A model generated the notes under the pieces. It was not told where the DNA came from. It made no database searches and saw only the letters and a list, made by a program, of their open reading frames with translations. A program made the translations under genes and the position numbers. From positions 9,008-73,007 of the forward strand of contig CACZMV010000005.1 in assembly GCA_902782305.1 (NCBI GenBank): a DNA stretch of 64,000 nt, read 5' to 3'. Shown piece by piece: positions 42,201 to 49,642 of the stretch; within the stretch, counting starts at the first letter, position 1, and every line of letters starts with the position of its first letter. This stretch comes from an uncultured Prevotellaceae bacterium. GTDB taxonomy: Bacteria; Bacteroidota; Bacteroidia; Bacteroidales; Bacteroidaceae.

Positions 42201-42262
42201 TGGCCGCTGACCACCATCAACAGCAACACCAACAAGCTTATTATCGTATCTTTCAGTCTCAA
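30203..42262 (-). CDS. Giant (4019 aa) secreted protein with N-terminal VYGGG repeats and T9SS-like CTD
   Basis: TTG start; signal peptide ending VNA|Q; VYGGG repeats over the first half; Tyr-rich middle; FEGTIHGDGHYISGL GLUG-type domain; CTD VRIYSVSGQ...GVYII..RYMKKLALK. Confidence 0.85.
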   Translation of the reverse strand: MRLKDTIISLLVLLLMVVSGQWSTVNAQIKIGGNVYGGGNAGKTGGSTTVTVREGNFTGDVYGGARMANIAGSTFVNIDGENTPSTSYILINNVYGGNDIAGTIGTSDNLPLKTNSSDGLTEVGTEAGKNNIDNTWNAFVRVSSVKSVTTGEGPNQTTMTTNHKVYIGNLYGGSNGDYTVQNPDNSESHKWEIWTKDATPVKVYENEAQPKLPELGKTYLEIVGGSIVYVFGGGNNATVTNKTVICTNNPSEVVNHIKVNTETGALMADNATGDDVEELLTDERFIEMGFNPYLSYANSASYQMGSVFGGNNKVAMAIRPTWNLIKGKIRNLYSGGNAGNMTHDNGVLLAVTSNDMEIDNVYGGCRKADVNPDKNRITAETIDGVSYPADYAARVYITGGNINNVYGGNDISGNVYGGNAVGIHCSINQNVYGGGNGSYAYTDNPDLAGSVGWGDYYYDVNKILEKAANTAITGPNSVAALNDFRPNAESVSIRISGESADKPVVIGGAIYCGGNSATLESSSGNATAQLKVGSYVYADNVFLGNNGENMVKESILQTYAGSVTVGGTSYDFSKITLTDAAQMETYMDGAAMGIRPELVFDKNAAEDAKPETERDYTKTYKPYSTYFGSLFVGGNVGSLKIPNESDKKLIVDFDDKVVIYNKVVGGCNNAYINSGTYNAAYQGGVLLPADTHGDKLELNFSGLKIQPKRWKIERNTDYTPKLTDGKPTYILDTNNNPQLEWNTVDSRYYDADTKSFKEVPNVAPGVIGGEGVSASTDDLYRRLAGGNIYGGCYSSGIVNGNVIININASIVDRDLVFDDVAFDDKTGEEKLYGNTYKITERKTGVILGQQGMDVLGRALNVFGGGKGVETEIWGSTTINLNSGYVFQIFGGSEEGAIGKRKTTTTNNVTTDDKDTNGRYVYEYNGAYSTYVNLAGASNKPGVPKSADPKNSDGTPKVDEALAECEFIYGGGFEGPIAGDTHVNLDNGRIFNSFAGSCNADIQGHTETIIGANGFPYVRDYLYGGNDLGGKILGNKDFTSRVRTTTNGGYDAIGKVYKTEMLTASAYIEYIKGRAEKIFGGCYGVYDYTSELYDAYFHTKKTGSEGTTTANMGTARTDKGYSKPWMDNAFINFRPAASNSTYTYVGQIYGAGQGYFTEKEENLLQNRSYILIDIPDELEYYQTTQVFGGGECGGVGMGVAKNIANAAATAYQASAIIDLARGQLDAVYGGSYMEGITRRTVVNVPAGSTFHGNKIFGGAYGYIEEVETKDNQNNTVINKVPRIDVACDVYEAIVNFNSDKATIDGAIYGGNNACRRTLYGKVNINAPVKGGTHWTGLVNVYGAGYGENTWSQYTEVNLNNGARVQEVYGGGENGLVINKESVEKWKTTQTNLYTALEGYTDLGFGDNENPAPVSSNRLWEVDNTRPKYYNTNVHINRGATVTRYCYGGGLGHGNLAHSGNVYGTTYIDLLGGTVDFDLYAAGTSGSVKDSLAVGTAENKFVASSTAYIESGKARNVYGGGWAGSVGHHMGGLTASYTSDIPGETHVIIGKTNGTSFLDGLPAIERNAYGGGEGGAVWGTTNITQLNGFIGYRHFDTAPTGNFNTIKVGDDYYQEKIDDETREDGRLGTLYDSGCIFGGGYIDNSSVDISNVTMYGGHVRNSLFGGGEIAAIGRGVIHEKIEANGKAKRTLQGLYKAGSTNVTLFDGHVHRNVFGGGRGYNNLGGGGKLFSDGYVFGKTLVNIHGGIVGTSEGVSETGGSNGNVFGGGDIGYVYSASEEDGNFYVGVKDGTRYDDIYEGYYYKFKLDAGKSYNGESATAVENKGQWVMDGTEYILTEDCKVLVEPRCKVLTAFGNYKVGDYVPISYLNTLGNKNDPAWDKLDKKGIIIYNAVFAGGNTTKGSTNEAAFANSTSVFGNATASIHDVYNLDLITLGSGRIGGLYGDGNLTFVDGYRGLNITNYGTDYYTIQQNPQIDIKDYKSDKYTDRERAYYQLTYICVQDCVDDEGTAYFAKSTDHPKASTLTGDDILSLFKNQPDIVYENGNINAAYWKENGVCTIYAGRPMNTIQRADFCGVFGSRMVMQGAQDRVPEVIDYTKYTINRVREVSLNKKKFIQTDPETTEEYHGNYFGIYSVVNYLGALTSDVDFKKAVRKTDNSDDSYKQTVDGKAYGVATYEDWKKANIGNRKRNNGISHNKVALASGVYLELTTERGIGDELNEKDWGVITGVVELDLINVQTGIGGGFVYAKNEHGVRNTTGKTHVTLTELNRGAVTSDDFTYTTNDGTKTEWQSSGNFVHGEQTIIDDCYNISGKYKGADAVPAHYWYIQGQVYVYDQHISVYTGVPNAYSETVDIPLTITAASHGTMKLLDVRPNKYAYYSSNGVDRLKEGQKLNINDVTYQLNDSISYWDWYKLSKAEQRLFVDETYVVVDDCWIGEKEYKEGYVLLPSEYDELKNQTVIQKRKNDNGVVEDVEVPFTKMFRSSNNMSHETGYILTYRVNNPTEWNTWYTPKSGDYTSKNQTGGNDYENGPTYRLTSGVGQLLGQRAYKISDVIAQEVYDTYQTVKNTHSNEVPSEGQAIFEPAYIVTEQIDIAGTTTHLYPGAVLPETEAGNYTGKVEGAYVCGKTIQLSSTEFIYVNSKMTLADKDNYLSRVNIDITAIAGKVISNMNELTDEEINALTYDQKKELRTLLQTKRDINNQITPAYYCTTPGLYGGDYYIGNKNYRGLIAWSSMSPEDRTKFTFNYDALDLLIDSKYGKRENGTQQPEGVKYQYDSKDATLQGAKDNPAGYSLEQRVDYEATYNGSETETYNGIKLEPNKVYKRTEYESLPNEQRHYAPINVTDTGNDIYVVKKSVTIDNKLYAVGATIDQTAFNKLSTDDQDDRISTLRFTTAGTYYYCREVYTIGENGAKTSVSSASGVSGGTGGNYDNTQEVPVGVVIDETNYGNLVNKQVNFTIHGIAPTETSTLYVSRDSDIDDLSKGKVITVIYEYNYEESDESGLHITPVTERHVVNIHITFKSGSPTVPDIDELPMVIPGDMLGLREPDVIPGATEVTGGGWELFESMSDAESHTNGIPYTPNTDPLYWYQDGYRLAYYALSYIGGKTYSNHVQVKVANYHDLKKVIEDKEHHYYVDIPDLERLKRNPKIYINDAANGASQLKSLFDLSVLNNPTLDSKGLITGGTFAGHAPLAEQVKDCDNLDFILRTNINHTGGWTPIANNEGECFEGTIHGDGHYISGLSQSLFNHLCGSVYNLGVTGTFTGAGITETGSGYVENCWIKSTAMAARTSKPVFGEPTGLTTDRPYRIVNCYYQENDDATYKYTNHPSTSTYGIPTRKAEHAFYNGEVAYDLNGFYLYKRYTDKHQGSSEPYKYYTVNNDNTLSAPKDIRYGDNPSYCYAGYVENRYADGDFRYEAGVIPETKEDRQLVDEDGVSHFYPIWPDDYLYFGQMLTYRWNESRPHEDVPSPIVKNSGRLLASDLNNRVYRAPAYFGNSTMSVVHFNPAVNLVAYSKPLNATDTNLKKAYPGMTAIDFAGHTEGHSSDAYKLGLNGTWFYQPLLDDDGLLGISNRDETPNLLAYAPAAASESGYANSKTYAVLNSYFKDPDYNDYYQGGNYRCVTDATKPSSPDILGMSSVHGHLVQSNMQATTDHLLVDKQDFNAPFGYQFDTTHRMWYQRTPENFVDTSDGWDMVSLPFSAELVTTQQKGEITHFYSESRSEDGTSKVGHEYWLREYKGGQTEGTVFKGVFNYPDAITGGDAKTVNNTFLWDYYYKAVLGHNQQDKHTDTYQMYYDEPRTLSHYPLLAAGTPYIIGFPGTTYYEFDLSGVWRAQNTNGAPPEKLDKQVITFASATGASVKISDNEQGVTQNDYTFKTNYQNQTLTADYLMNDDGNAFKKVPNGQTGNAVAFRPYFVKTPTPGNAPSRRAVQQIIFDSDNSSFAFGNDDPSDELVGELTFSTKPRKLVTTSSLRQPADVRIYSVSGQSIAACTIQPGETIETDIPIAGVYIIRAANGRYMKKLALK

Positions 42263-42300
42263 TGTCCTATACCTTATTATATAATATATATATATTCTTA

Positions 42301-43356
42301 CTACTCAATCGTAAACAAATTATCCAAGTCGGCATCCGACAACTGATAGAGATATGTCGGATTAACTGTCAGGTTGACCGTCACGCGTTCTCCCCGCGAG
42401 GTGTAAAGATTGGGGACTTTATTCGTTGCCGTACAGTCCTTACGTATTAACTTTGTCCCCGTCCTGTCATACACATCGTACGTACTAAGGAGGGTGAGGT
42501 TACCATCATTGCTCAGAGTTGGAGCATAATAGCAAAAGGAATTTTTAATATCAGCTGTTGGCAACTGTACTCCTGCTTCGCTTTCGAAGAAGGTGGCAAT
42601 GGCCTTTTCTGTTCCTGAGGTGGTAGTGGTATAACTGACATCTGTCACTGGACTTGCCCCTGTTGTATTGGGTGTCAGCGTAACAGTAGCAGTGCCCTTA
42701 GTATTTGTCGCCTGCAGTTCCATCTTCTTCAGTTTGATCTTACGCAAGTTATTGAAGTTCTCATTCACAGAGAAGTTAAAGCTTACTGCCGCATAGAGGT
42801 GATCCATCAACACATTGATATTGTTAACATCCGATCTGCCTGTAAATGCAAAGGAGCCTTCTACAGTATTCGCTGACGCATCGCTCACGCCTGTGATGAC
42901 GCATACATCCTGTGCACTGACAGCGTCAATATTTGGCAGCGTCATGGTGACGATACCATCGGTCTTACTGATGGTGGGCGTCATTCCTTCAAACCTCGGC
43001 ATAAAACCGTATATCTCATAGTCTACTGCACTTTTCACCAGGATTGAGGAGTGCCAGGTGTTATTACTTCTACGGATATACTGTACAGATGGCGTGGGAG
43101 TTTCACTCGACATCACAAACAGTCCTACGGAGAAATCCGTAGTAGGAACATATACCGTAAAGCCAGTTGGCGCTGCACGTCTGGATGCTTCTATATCTTG
43201 ATAAGGTGCGGTATAGGCCTTTATATGAAGGATCTGGTTATTAGTCTGCTGCTCGTCAGAACTATCCGACGAACAACCAGCTATCAGCATAAGGCCTATG
43301 ACCATGAACCAATAACCCTTAACCCCTAACCATTCATCACCAGTTATATATTTCAT
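42301..43356 (-). CDS. Type V pilin-like (fimbrillin) lipoprotein, minor subunit
   Basis: Lipobox IAGC; ASRR propeptide-like site; MDHLYAAVSFNF and RKIKLKKMEL fimbrillin-like strands. Confidence 0.65.
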   Translation of the reverse strand: MKYITGDEWLGVKGYWFMVIGLMLIAGCSSDSSDEQQTNNQILHIKAYTAPYQDIEASRRAAPTGFTVYVPTTDFSVGLFVMSSETPTPSVQYIRRSNNTWHSSILVKSAVDYEIYGFMPRFEGMTPTISKTDGIVTMTLPNIDAVSAQDVCVITGVSDASANTVEGSFAFTGRSDVNNINVLMDHLYAAVSFNFSVNENFNNLRKIKLKKMELQATNTKGTATVTLTPNTTGASPVTDVSYTTTTSGTEKAIATFFESEAGVQLPTADIKNSFCYYAPTLSNDGNLTLLSTYDVYDRTGTKLIRKDCTATNKVPNLYTSRGERVTVNLTVNPTYLYQLSDADLDNLFTIE

Positions 43357-44491
43357 AATTCAAGTCATCATTTTTCTTCCAGTCTTTGACATATATTGAG
43401 CTCAGCTCCAAGAAACTTCCACCTAGATAGTAAGCATAGACAATCCATGTATGGTTACGCCTGAAGTCACCGGCACGTTCCATCTGGAACGCCATCGGTT
43501 CTTTTGTGGTTCCAGCTATCTGATATGCAATTTTACCTTTCACCTGCATGTCAGACTCATGCAGATAGAATGGTCCTACCTGGGTCAGTTTTCCTTCATT
43601 TACTGCTGTATTGATCTTGTTTTCATACGTCTGTGCTTCTTCCTCCTCATAGATATACGCTGTCGGATTCTCATTCGTCGCCACTTCATTTATCTTATCC
43701 GATGATGATAATAGCGACACCTCTCCGTTTTTTCCTAACCCATTGAGTGATGAGCGAGAGAAGAGATAGCCTTTAGTACGCATGGTATTAGCATCCAAAG
43801 TGATACCGGTAATACTTAGTATCTTGTAGTTCTCTAGACTTTCAGTCAGCTTAATATTCGAAAATACGAAACGCATCTTCGATACGACACGCGTCAACTG
43901 CACTGTGGCGATATTACTCATCGATCCGACGCGCAATACGGGTGCTTCACCGACGACATCCTGGTTGAGGAGAATACCCGACATTGGAAGACCATCATCA
44001 GGAACTGTAGTCGTCTTTGATGTCAGTCCGAAATGATTCTCATCGAGTTGCGCAGCATTCAACTGCTCACGAGTAGTATGTTGGTCAAATGACAGACCGC
44101 AATTGTCTGCCGTGACATTTGCCAACACATACACATCCACGTCAGGCTTCTGTTGGGCAAAGTCGTCACTCACAGCAATACGGTAAGTATCACCCTGCGA
44201 CGTATTCAGGGTAGTAGTCGTGGCAGTACTGTGATAACCCACCAGATTACCGCTTTGATGTTCAAATACCCATATCTGCAGACGATGTATCGTACCCTCA
44301 TCAGTGCTGGGGTCGACATATCCCATATCACCACGCGTCAGTATGGGTCGCTCTGGCGAATACACATAGATGGTGAGATAGGTAGCCTGTGGCTCCTCCG
44401 CATCACCGTCGGAAGAGCTACAGCCCACTGTCATCAGTCCAAAACTGATGATCAACATCCATAACCATATATGTCGTATAATACTTCTCAT
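43337..44491 (-). CDS. Type V pilin-like lipoprotein (FimA/Mfa-like N-terminal domain)
   Basis: Lipobox TVGC; LTRG; EGTIHRLQIWVF, VYVLAN, GLPMSG, LTRVVSKMRFVF and RRNHTWIV motifs. Confidence 0.75.
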   Translation of the reverse strand: MRSIIRHIWLWMLIISFGLMTVGCSSSDGDAEEPQATYLTIYVYSPERPILTRGDMGYVDPSTDEGTIHRLQIWVFEHQSGNLVGYHSTATTTTLNTSQGDTYRIAVSDDFAQQKPDVDVYVLANVTADNCGLSFDQHTTREQLNAAQLDENHFGLTSKTTTVPDDGLPMSGILLNQDVVGEAPVLRVGSMSNIATVQLTRVVSKMRFVFSNIKLTESLENYKILSITGITLDANTMRTKGYLFSRSSLNGLGKNGEVSLLSSSDKINEVATNENPTAYIYEEEEAQTYENKINTAVNEGKLTQVGPFYLHESDMQVKGKIAYQIAGTTKEPMAFQMERAGDFRRNHTWIVYAYYLGGSFLELSSIYVKDWKKNDDLNYEIYNW

Positions 44492-44497
44492 TTCTCA

Positions 44498-46240
44498 CTA
44501 ATTCAGTTTTACCGTCGTTGTCGTCGACTGTATCCATTTCGTCTGTACCTGCACACCAATCTCCAAACGCGGTGACAACAAGTCAGGCATACACGAGTAG
44601 GCATTCGCCAGCGACGTGATTCTCATCTCCGCAGTAGTGGTATGGTCCTGCGTGAACACGCGGCCCTTAGCAGCGGCAGGTGCATTAGTGTTCGTATAAT
44701 TTGCCGGATCGAGCATGGCGACAAGATAGAACTTACACCCTGGGTAGATGATACCATCCTTACCTGTGAATGCATTCCCTGTATTGTTCTGAAACTCCAA
44801 GACTACAGGAACCTTCTCTCCGTCATATGTCTGCAGTACAAGGGTATTTACTGTCCAACTGCCATTCGTCGCACGTGAACCCACAACTGCATCATAGATA
44901 AAGCGACCATCAACATTACTCTGAACACCTCGCGGCTTAAAGTCAAACCCCACCGTATGCTGCGCTCCGACAATGACACTTGTCAGTGGCAGATAGTTGT
45001 CGGTGGCATTATTAACATCTGCATTCATCGCATCCTTCAGTTGTACATTAATAGATTTCAACGTACACTGCAGGCGAGCAACCCCATATTGCAATGCATC
45101 CTTCACAGCTACCGACCTCGTTCTATTGTTTACTACAGTACCCGACTGATATTCATTTAACAAAGAACCCCATGAAGTAGCACCCTGATAATCTGTCTCC
45201 TTTACCTCATTTGTAGAAGTCAGGATTCCGCTATTGGTATAGTACCACAACTCTGCGGGATAGGTATAGCGGTTGATGCCGTTGATGTTATCCATCGTTG
45301 TCGTCTGCGTGCGAACCATAAACTTATACTTATCCTCAGCAGTTTCAGTTACATCCTCCATCCAACGCAGGGCGGCAGCACCATCAGGCAGACCAAGTGC
45401 TGCCGGGTAGGTATTGCCAGATATCGTGGTATTGTTATTTATCGATTCAAGGATCTTACGACATAGCGCCTTACTTGCATCTGGCGTTGTGCTGAGGTCT
45501 TCGATGGCTGTAATCTGCGTCTTTAATGCTTCCGCATATGCTCTGACGTTCGTTGCCGACCCAGCAATGACACCCGTTCCTTCACCGTCAATATTGATGA
45601 AGTCACGATAGAGGTCTTTCAACTGTCCATCAGTGGTCGTACTCCATCCTTCCGTCTTGGCAATAGATGTCAGGTAGGTTGCCAGTGCCTGTGCATTAGT
45701 ATGAACATCCGTCGTATTAAGAATCGACTGCAGGTTGAAAGTCAGTTCCGAGGGGTTCATGCGATCCCTGAGGCTTGTCTCCAGAGCATCGTTATATCTT
45801 ATCTCCAGCGCGCCATTATCCTTCGCTTCCTCCTTACCTGCTACATAAGAAGCCCTACCATAGGCCAACAGACGGTTGACACCTTTCATCAGAGAGCAGT
45901 TTACGACATAATAGAGATTGTTATTATGTGCGTTGGTGACCTTCTGTGCATTGGTGACCGACGAGATCAACGGAACGTCAGTGGCGGTCACCGGCACATC
46001 ATTGCCACTGGTTTGGAAGGGGATGACCAGCAGACTCTGCAGCCCTCTGAAAGCTTGCTCCTCGGCCTGTACCACGTCGACAGCCTGACGGGTAATGCTG
46101 CCCGTATTGCCGATGCCCAGCACAATATCCAACGGGTCCTGAGGGGTGTCAGTATAGAGCGACACATCATCTACTGCCGTACACGATATCAGTAACGCAT
46201 ACAGCATAATAAAATAAAAGATGTGTAAACTCCTAAACAT
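44498..46240 (-). CDS. Type V pilin-like lipoprotein, paralog of the 747-aa subunit
   Basis: Lipobox LISC; ITRQ; shares YPAELxY, LEFQNNTG, FYLxxxLDP, RVFxQDHxTTA and PDL with the 747-aa protein. Confidence 0.7.
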   Translation of the reverse strand: MFRSLHIFYFIMLYALLISCTAVDDVSLYTDTPQDPLDIVLGIGNTGSITRQAVDVVQAEEQAFRGLQSLLVIPFQTSGNDVPVTATDVPLISSVTNAQKVTNAHNNNLYYVVNCSLMKGVNRLLAYGRASYVAGKEEAKDNGALEIRYNDALETSLRDRMNPSELTFNLQSILNTTDVHTNAQALATYLTSIAKTEGWSTTTDGQLKDLYRDFINIDGEGTGVIAGSATNVRAYAEALKTQITAIEDLSTTPDASKALCRKILESINNNTTISGNTYPAALGLPDGAAALRWMEDVTETAEDKYKFMVRTQTTTMDNINGINRYTYPAELWYYTNSGILTSTNEVKETDYQGATSWGSLLNEYQSGTVVNNRTRSVAVKDALQYGVARLQCTLKSINVQLKDAMNADVNNATDNYLPLTSVIVGAQHTVGFDFKPRGVQSNVDGRFIYDAVVGSRATNGSWTVNTLVLQTYDGEKVPVVLEFQNNTGNAFTGKDGIIYPGCKFYLVAMLDPANYTNTNAPAAAKGRVFTQDHTTTAEMRITSLANAYSCMPDLLSPRLEIGVQVQTKWIQSTTTTVKLN

Positions 46241-46264
46241 TTGTCCTTGAACTTATTGAACTTC

Positions 46265-47314
46265 TTAAAGAACCGGCTCGTAACTGCCACCTTGATTCCA
46301 GTCGAGCGTCACGCTGACACCCACCGTACTGTTGTAAGGTCTTACGGCACCTTCGTCATCCAATTCACCCTTGATGATTCGCAGGTCACCAGCCTTCAGG
46401 GGTTCGCTGATGTCCAGTATGGTCTCTGTCACCTTGCCGTCAGGTTTGGTTAGATATACCTTAAACTGCCAGAGGGAAGGTCCCGTCTCCGCTCGTTTCT
46501 TGACGGATGCCGGTGCGGCATCTCGCGAGGGGAAGTTGACGGAACAGAAGCACAGCAGATCGTTGCCTGTCTCCACCTTGTCAGCCTTGATGAGCGGAGA
46601 GGTTGCAGGAAAGACGTAGGTGCTGTCGCTAATCTGGAAAGCCTCGGCAAAACCTGTGGCATAGACTTTCAGGTCTGTAAAGGTTTGTCCCTTGGGATCA
46701 AGCACCAGCGAAGCGGCACTGTTTGCCATATACAGGTGGACATTGAACGTCTGGCTTACGCCCCCGAGCACTTCCATGGGTTGACGGGCGGTAAAGAGAC
46801 CCGTAGTGTGGGAGGTGACCACTCCGTTGGGGAAACCGTCGGACACGGTAGGTGCAGTCTGTTGCAGCGTCGAGCTATAACTGTATTTTTCGCCTGTCAA
46901 GCCTACCACGGGGTTTTCGGCAATGTTTGCCACAGCCAGGTGCAGGTATTGGCGCATAGGTAGCGTCAGGTCGTACGTTGTCTGGTTGGCATCTATTACA
47001 TCAGTCACGTGTTCCAAGACTTCCTTGGTGCCCTCGGTGTCGTAGAACGAGAGGTCTACGTCGTGGGCTTTGTCGGTGAAGATTTTTTCCAGATGGGTTT
47101 CCAGTGCGCCTTTTACTTTGAACTCGGTCAACGTTCTCAACTGGGTCTCCAGCTCGGTGGTCAGATTGGTCACCAGCTTCAACTCATAGTTCAGTTCGAA
47201 GTCTTCTTCCTCCGGGCCGCACTCACTCAGGTCATCGTCTATCGTGGAGCATCCCGCCATCAGCCAGCAGGCTGACAGCAGGATTCCCATCATGAAAGTA
47301 TTTCTTTTCTTCAC
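46265..47314 (-). CDS. FimB/Mfa2-like pilus anchor lipoprotein
   Basis: Lipobox MAGC followed by STIDDDLSEC, typical of Mfa2/FimB; no TR cleavage motif; C-terminal VSVTLDW strand. Confidence 0.7.
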   Translation of the reverse strand: MKKRNTFMMGILLSACWLMAGCSTIDDDLSECGPEEEDFELNYELKLVTNLTTELETQLRTLTEFKVKGALETHLEKIFTDKAHDVDLSFYDTEGTKEVLEHVTDVIDANQTTYDLTLPMRQYLHLAVANIAENPVVGLTGEKYSYSSTLQQTAPTVSDGFPNGVVTSHTTGLFTARQPMEVLGGVSQTFNVHLYMANSAASLVLDPKGQTFTDLKVYATGFAEAFQISDSTYVFPATSPLIKADKVETGNDLLCFCSVNFPSRDAAPASVKKRAETGPSLWQFKVYLTKPDGKVTETILDISEPLKAGDLRIIKGELDDEGAVRPYNSTVGVSVTLDWNQGGSYEPVL

Positions 47315-47368
47315 CTTGTTTTATTTTTATAACATCACACATGGGGTCTGTCCCAGAGTGTCATGTCA

Positions 47369-49612
47369 TCAATTACTACCAGTGCCACCAATGACAACGC
47401 CATCGAATGTCAGACCCGTCTCCCACTTTAAGTCAACAGACAGACCTAATGTTACAGAACTACTGCGCAGGTCGGGCACGGTCAGATAAGCATACTTCAA
47501 CGAATTTACGTCAATCTTGAAGTTAGCCGTTGTCATGTGATCCTGAATGAACACACGTGGAATGGTATTTGTGGTGCATCCGGCATCATAAGGAGGCAGG
47601 GCGTGGTAGGCAGGAAGAGCAGGACCCGTCATAGAAGAAGGATCAAGCTCACCAATAAGGTAGAAATTGCTACCGTCGGCAATCAGGTTGTCCTTACCGA
47701 AGAAGTCTACACCTGTATTGTTCTGGAATTCCAGAGCCACATAGACCTTAGGCTGTGTGTTCTCAGGAACAGCTGGACTTGCAACTCTCATATCCTGATA
47801 ATTGTCAAATACCAGGGTATAGTTGGGTTCAGAAGTAGTCGTTGTGGAAGCAGGTATGACACCATTACCGGTAATCTGATTGTCGTAGATATAACCCTTC
47901 CTGTAGTTTGGATCAGAATCCGTTGTCTTAGGCAGGAAATTCCAACCCACCTTAGGCCACTGGTCACCAACAATGATACCCACCAGTTTGAATGAATTAC
48001 CAGTTACATTGATTGTCTTGTCTTCCTCGTTAACACTATAGTCTCTTTCCTGAATGGCGTGATTATTATCCTTTAATGACAAAGTCTTGTAACTAACGGT
48101 AGTGCAGAGCAGTGAAGTGCCGTAGTTGATGTCGTTCTTCATAGCTACGCTACGGGTAGAAGACTCTACGTGACCCTCCGACCAGTCGGAAGACCAGCTT
48201 GATGGAGTATTCCACAAAGCAACAGATGCAGGGTAGTCACCTACAACATGTTCTGTAGCGGATACACGAAGCGGGCTGTTGCCAAAATAGCAGAGCTCAG
48301 CAGGATAGTAATAGTCGTCAACGGTAAACTTACCACTTCCAACGGCACTGGAATTGTAGTCTTCTACATAATAGAAGGTCTTTTTGGTATTGTCAAACTT
48401 GATATGAGTTGAACCCTGCGGCAAATTATACTGCTCTGGGTATTTCCCCAAATCAGCAACTATCATAGAGCTGATATGACTAAAGTCGGTAGCTGTTGGT
48501 TTGACTCCTGCTGCTGCTGAAGGCCAGTAATCATCACTGCCTATAGCTGCTATGATAGAACTCGCATTTTTGAAAGCCACACCAGTTACTGAGGCTCCAG
48601 TTGGAGGTAGCGTTTCATAGGTAAAATATTTGGCGAGGTGTTCGCTGATTAAATGAGCCATGTATTTGGCTATCGCTTCCTCCTTGTTTGTCGGGGTAGC
48701 ACAACGTACCGCATTGACAATAGTCCAAAGACTCTGAATAGTCGCCATTAAAGCAGGTCCAGAAGCATTGCGCAACTCTGCCGTTTGAATAGTTGTCAAT
48801 TCCCTATAGGCATTACCCAACTTCAGTTCCAATGGAGTAATAGCCTTGCTCGTAGTAACAGGGCTTGTTGCACTATTATATTCTGACCATGCCATATTGG
48901 GCGCATCAGTGGCAGCAATATCAAAACCATAGGCTGGAATATTTCCTCCTGGGGTTGCAGTAGCAGACACCGCATCTGTACCGCGATTGGTGTTGATAAT
49001 ACAGGTCAGGACGGTAGCCAACAGTTTCTGTACCTCCTGAAAACTCGTCTTTTGGTCCGCTGTCAAGCGACGACCTAATTGGAAGTTGACATTAGCCAGA
49101 TTGTCAGTAACAGTATAGTCATCCAAATGACCATAAGTATTATAGCTCGTTGAGGTGGTACTCTCGTTAATTGCCTTACCATAGAACAACATGGTATTGG
49201 TGTTCAAAGGCAATGACATCTCCAAGACACGACGTGAATTACTATTATCCAGTGTTCCAGCTGCCACTAAGCGTGACATGTCAAAGGATTTAACTGCTGT
49301 AGCCGCTGCAGATAGAGGATTATTATCTGATCCTTGCTTGAAACACATGACGTAAGAATTGTCTATGCCACGAAAATCGGTGGCACTTAAAGAGGATGAT
49401 GCCTGTGTGGCTTCTCCAGACTGACGAGTGGTAGCTGAGCTGCCATTCGCCACATTGAGCACAAACTGAGTAGTTACCTCGTTTGTCTCGGGATTGTAAT
49501 TCGGATTGTTTTCTTCTTTCACCACCTCATCATTTGACGAGCAAGCGGAGAATAAAACTGCGCCTACGAATGCTATCGCACTCAGTGAGGCATACTTAAA
49601 CATCTTTTTCAT
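47369..49612 (-). CDS. Major type V pilin-like lipoprotein
   Basis: Lipobox FSAC; ATTRQ propeptide site; C-terminal donor-strand-like LGLSVDLKW; first pilin in the operon. Confidence 0.7.
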   Translation of the reverse strand: MKKMFKYASLSAIAFVGAVLFSACSSNDEVVKEENNPNYNPETNEVTTQFVLNVANGSSATTRQSGEATQASSSLSATDFRGIDNSYVMCFKQGSDNNPLSAAATAVKSFDMSRLVAAGTLDNSNSRRVLEMSLPLNTNTMLFYGKAINESTTSTSYNTYGHLDDYTVTDNLANVNFQLGRRLTADQKTSFQEVQKLLATVLTCIINTNRGTDAVSATATPGGNIPAYGFDIAATDAPNMAWSEYNSATSPVTTSKAITPLELKLGNAYRELTTIQTAELRNASGPALMATIQSLWTIVNAVRCATPTNKEEAIAKYMAHLISEHLAKYFTYETLPPTGASVTGVAFKNASSIIAAIGSDDYWPSAAAGVKPTATDFSHISSMIVADLGKYPEQYNLPQGSTHIKFDNTKKTFYYVEDYNSSAVGSGKFTVDDYYYPAELCYFGNSPLRVSATEHVVGDYPASVALWNTPSSWSSDWSEGHVESSTRSVAMKNDINYGTSLLCTTVSYKTLSLKDNNHAIQERDYSVNEEDKTINVTGNSFKLVGIIVGDQWPKVGWNFLPKTTDSDPNYRKGYIYDNQITGNGVIPASTTTTSEPNYTLVFDNYQDMRVASPAVPENTQPKVYVALEFQNNTGVDFFGKDNLIADGSNFYLIGELDPSSMTGPALPAYHALPPYDAGCTTNTIPRVFIQDHMTTANFKIDVNSLKYAYLTVPDLRSSSVTLGLSVDLKWETGLTFDGVVIGGTGSN

Positions 49613-49642
49613 ATTAAAAACTATTTTGATTATTTTTCTCGT

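Noticed and set aside
42283-42296. (AT)6 tract before the 4019-aa start; also an AT dinucleotide run in manC near 4888-4898
   Set aside because: Short and in AT-rich or ordinary coding context; no evidence of variability.
47341-47356. GGGGTCTGTCCC motif between two pilin genes, resembling a dispersed repeat
   Set aside because: Only one copy in the window, so it cannot be supported as a repeat.
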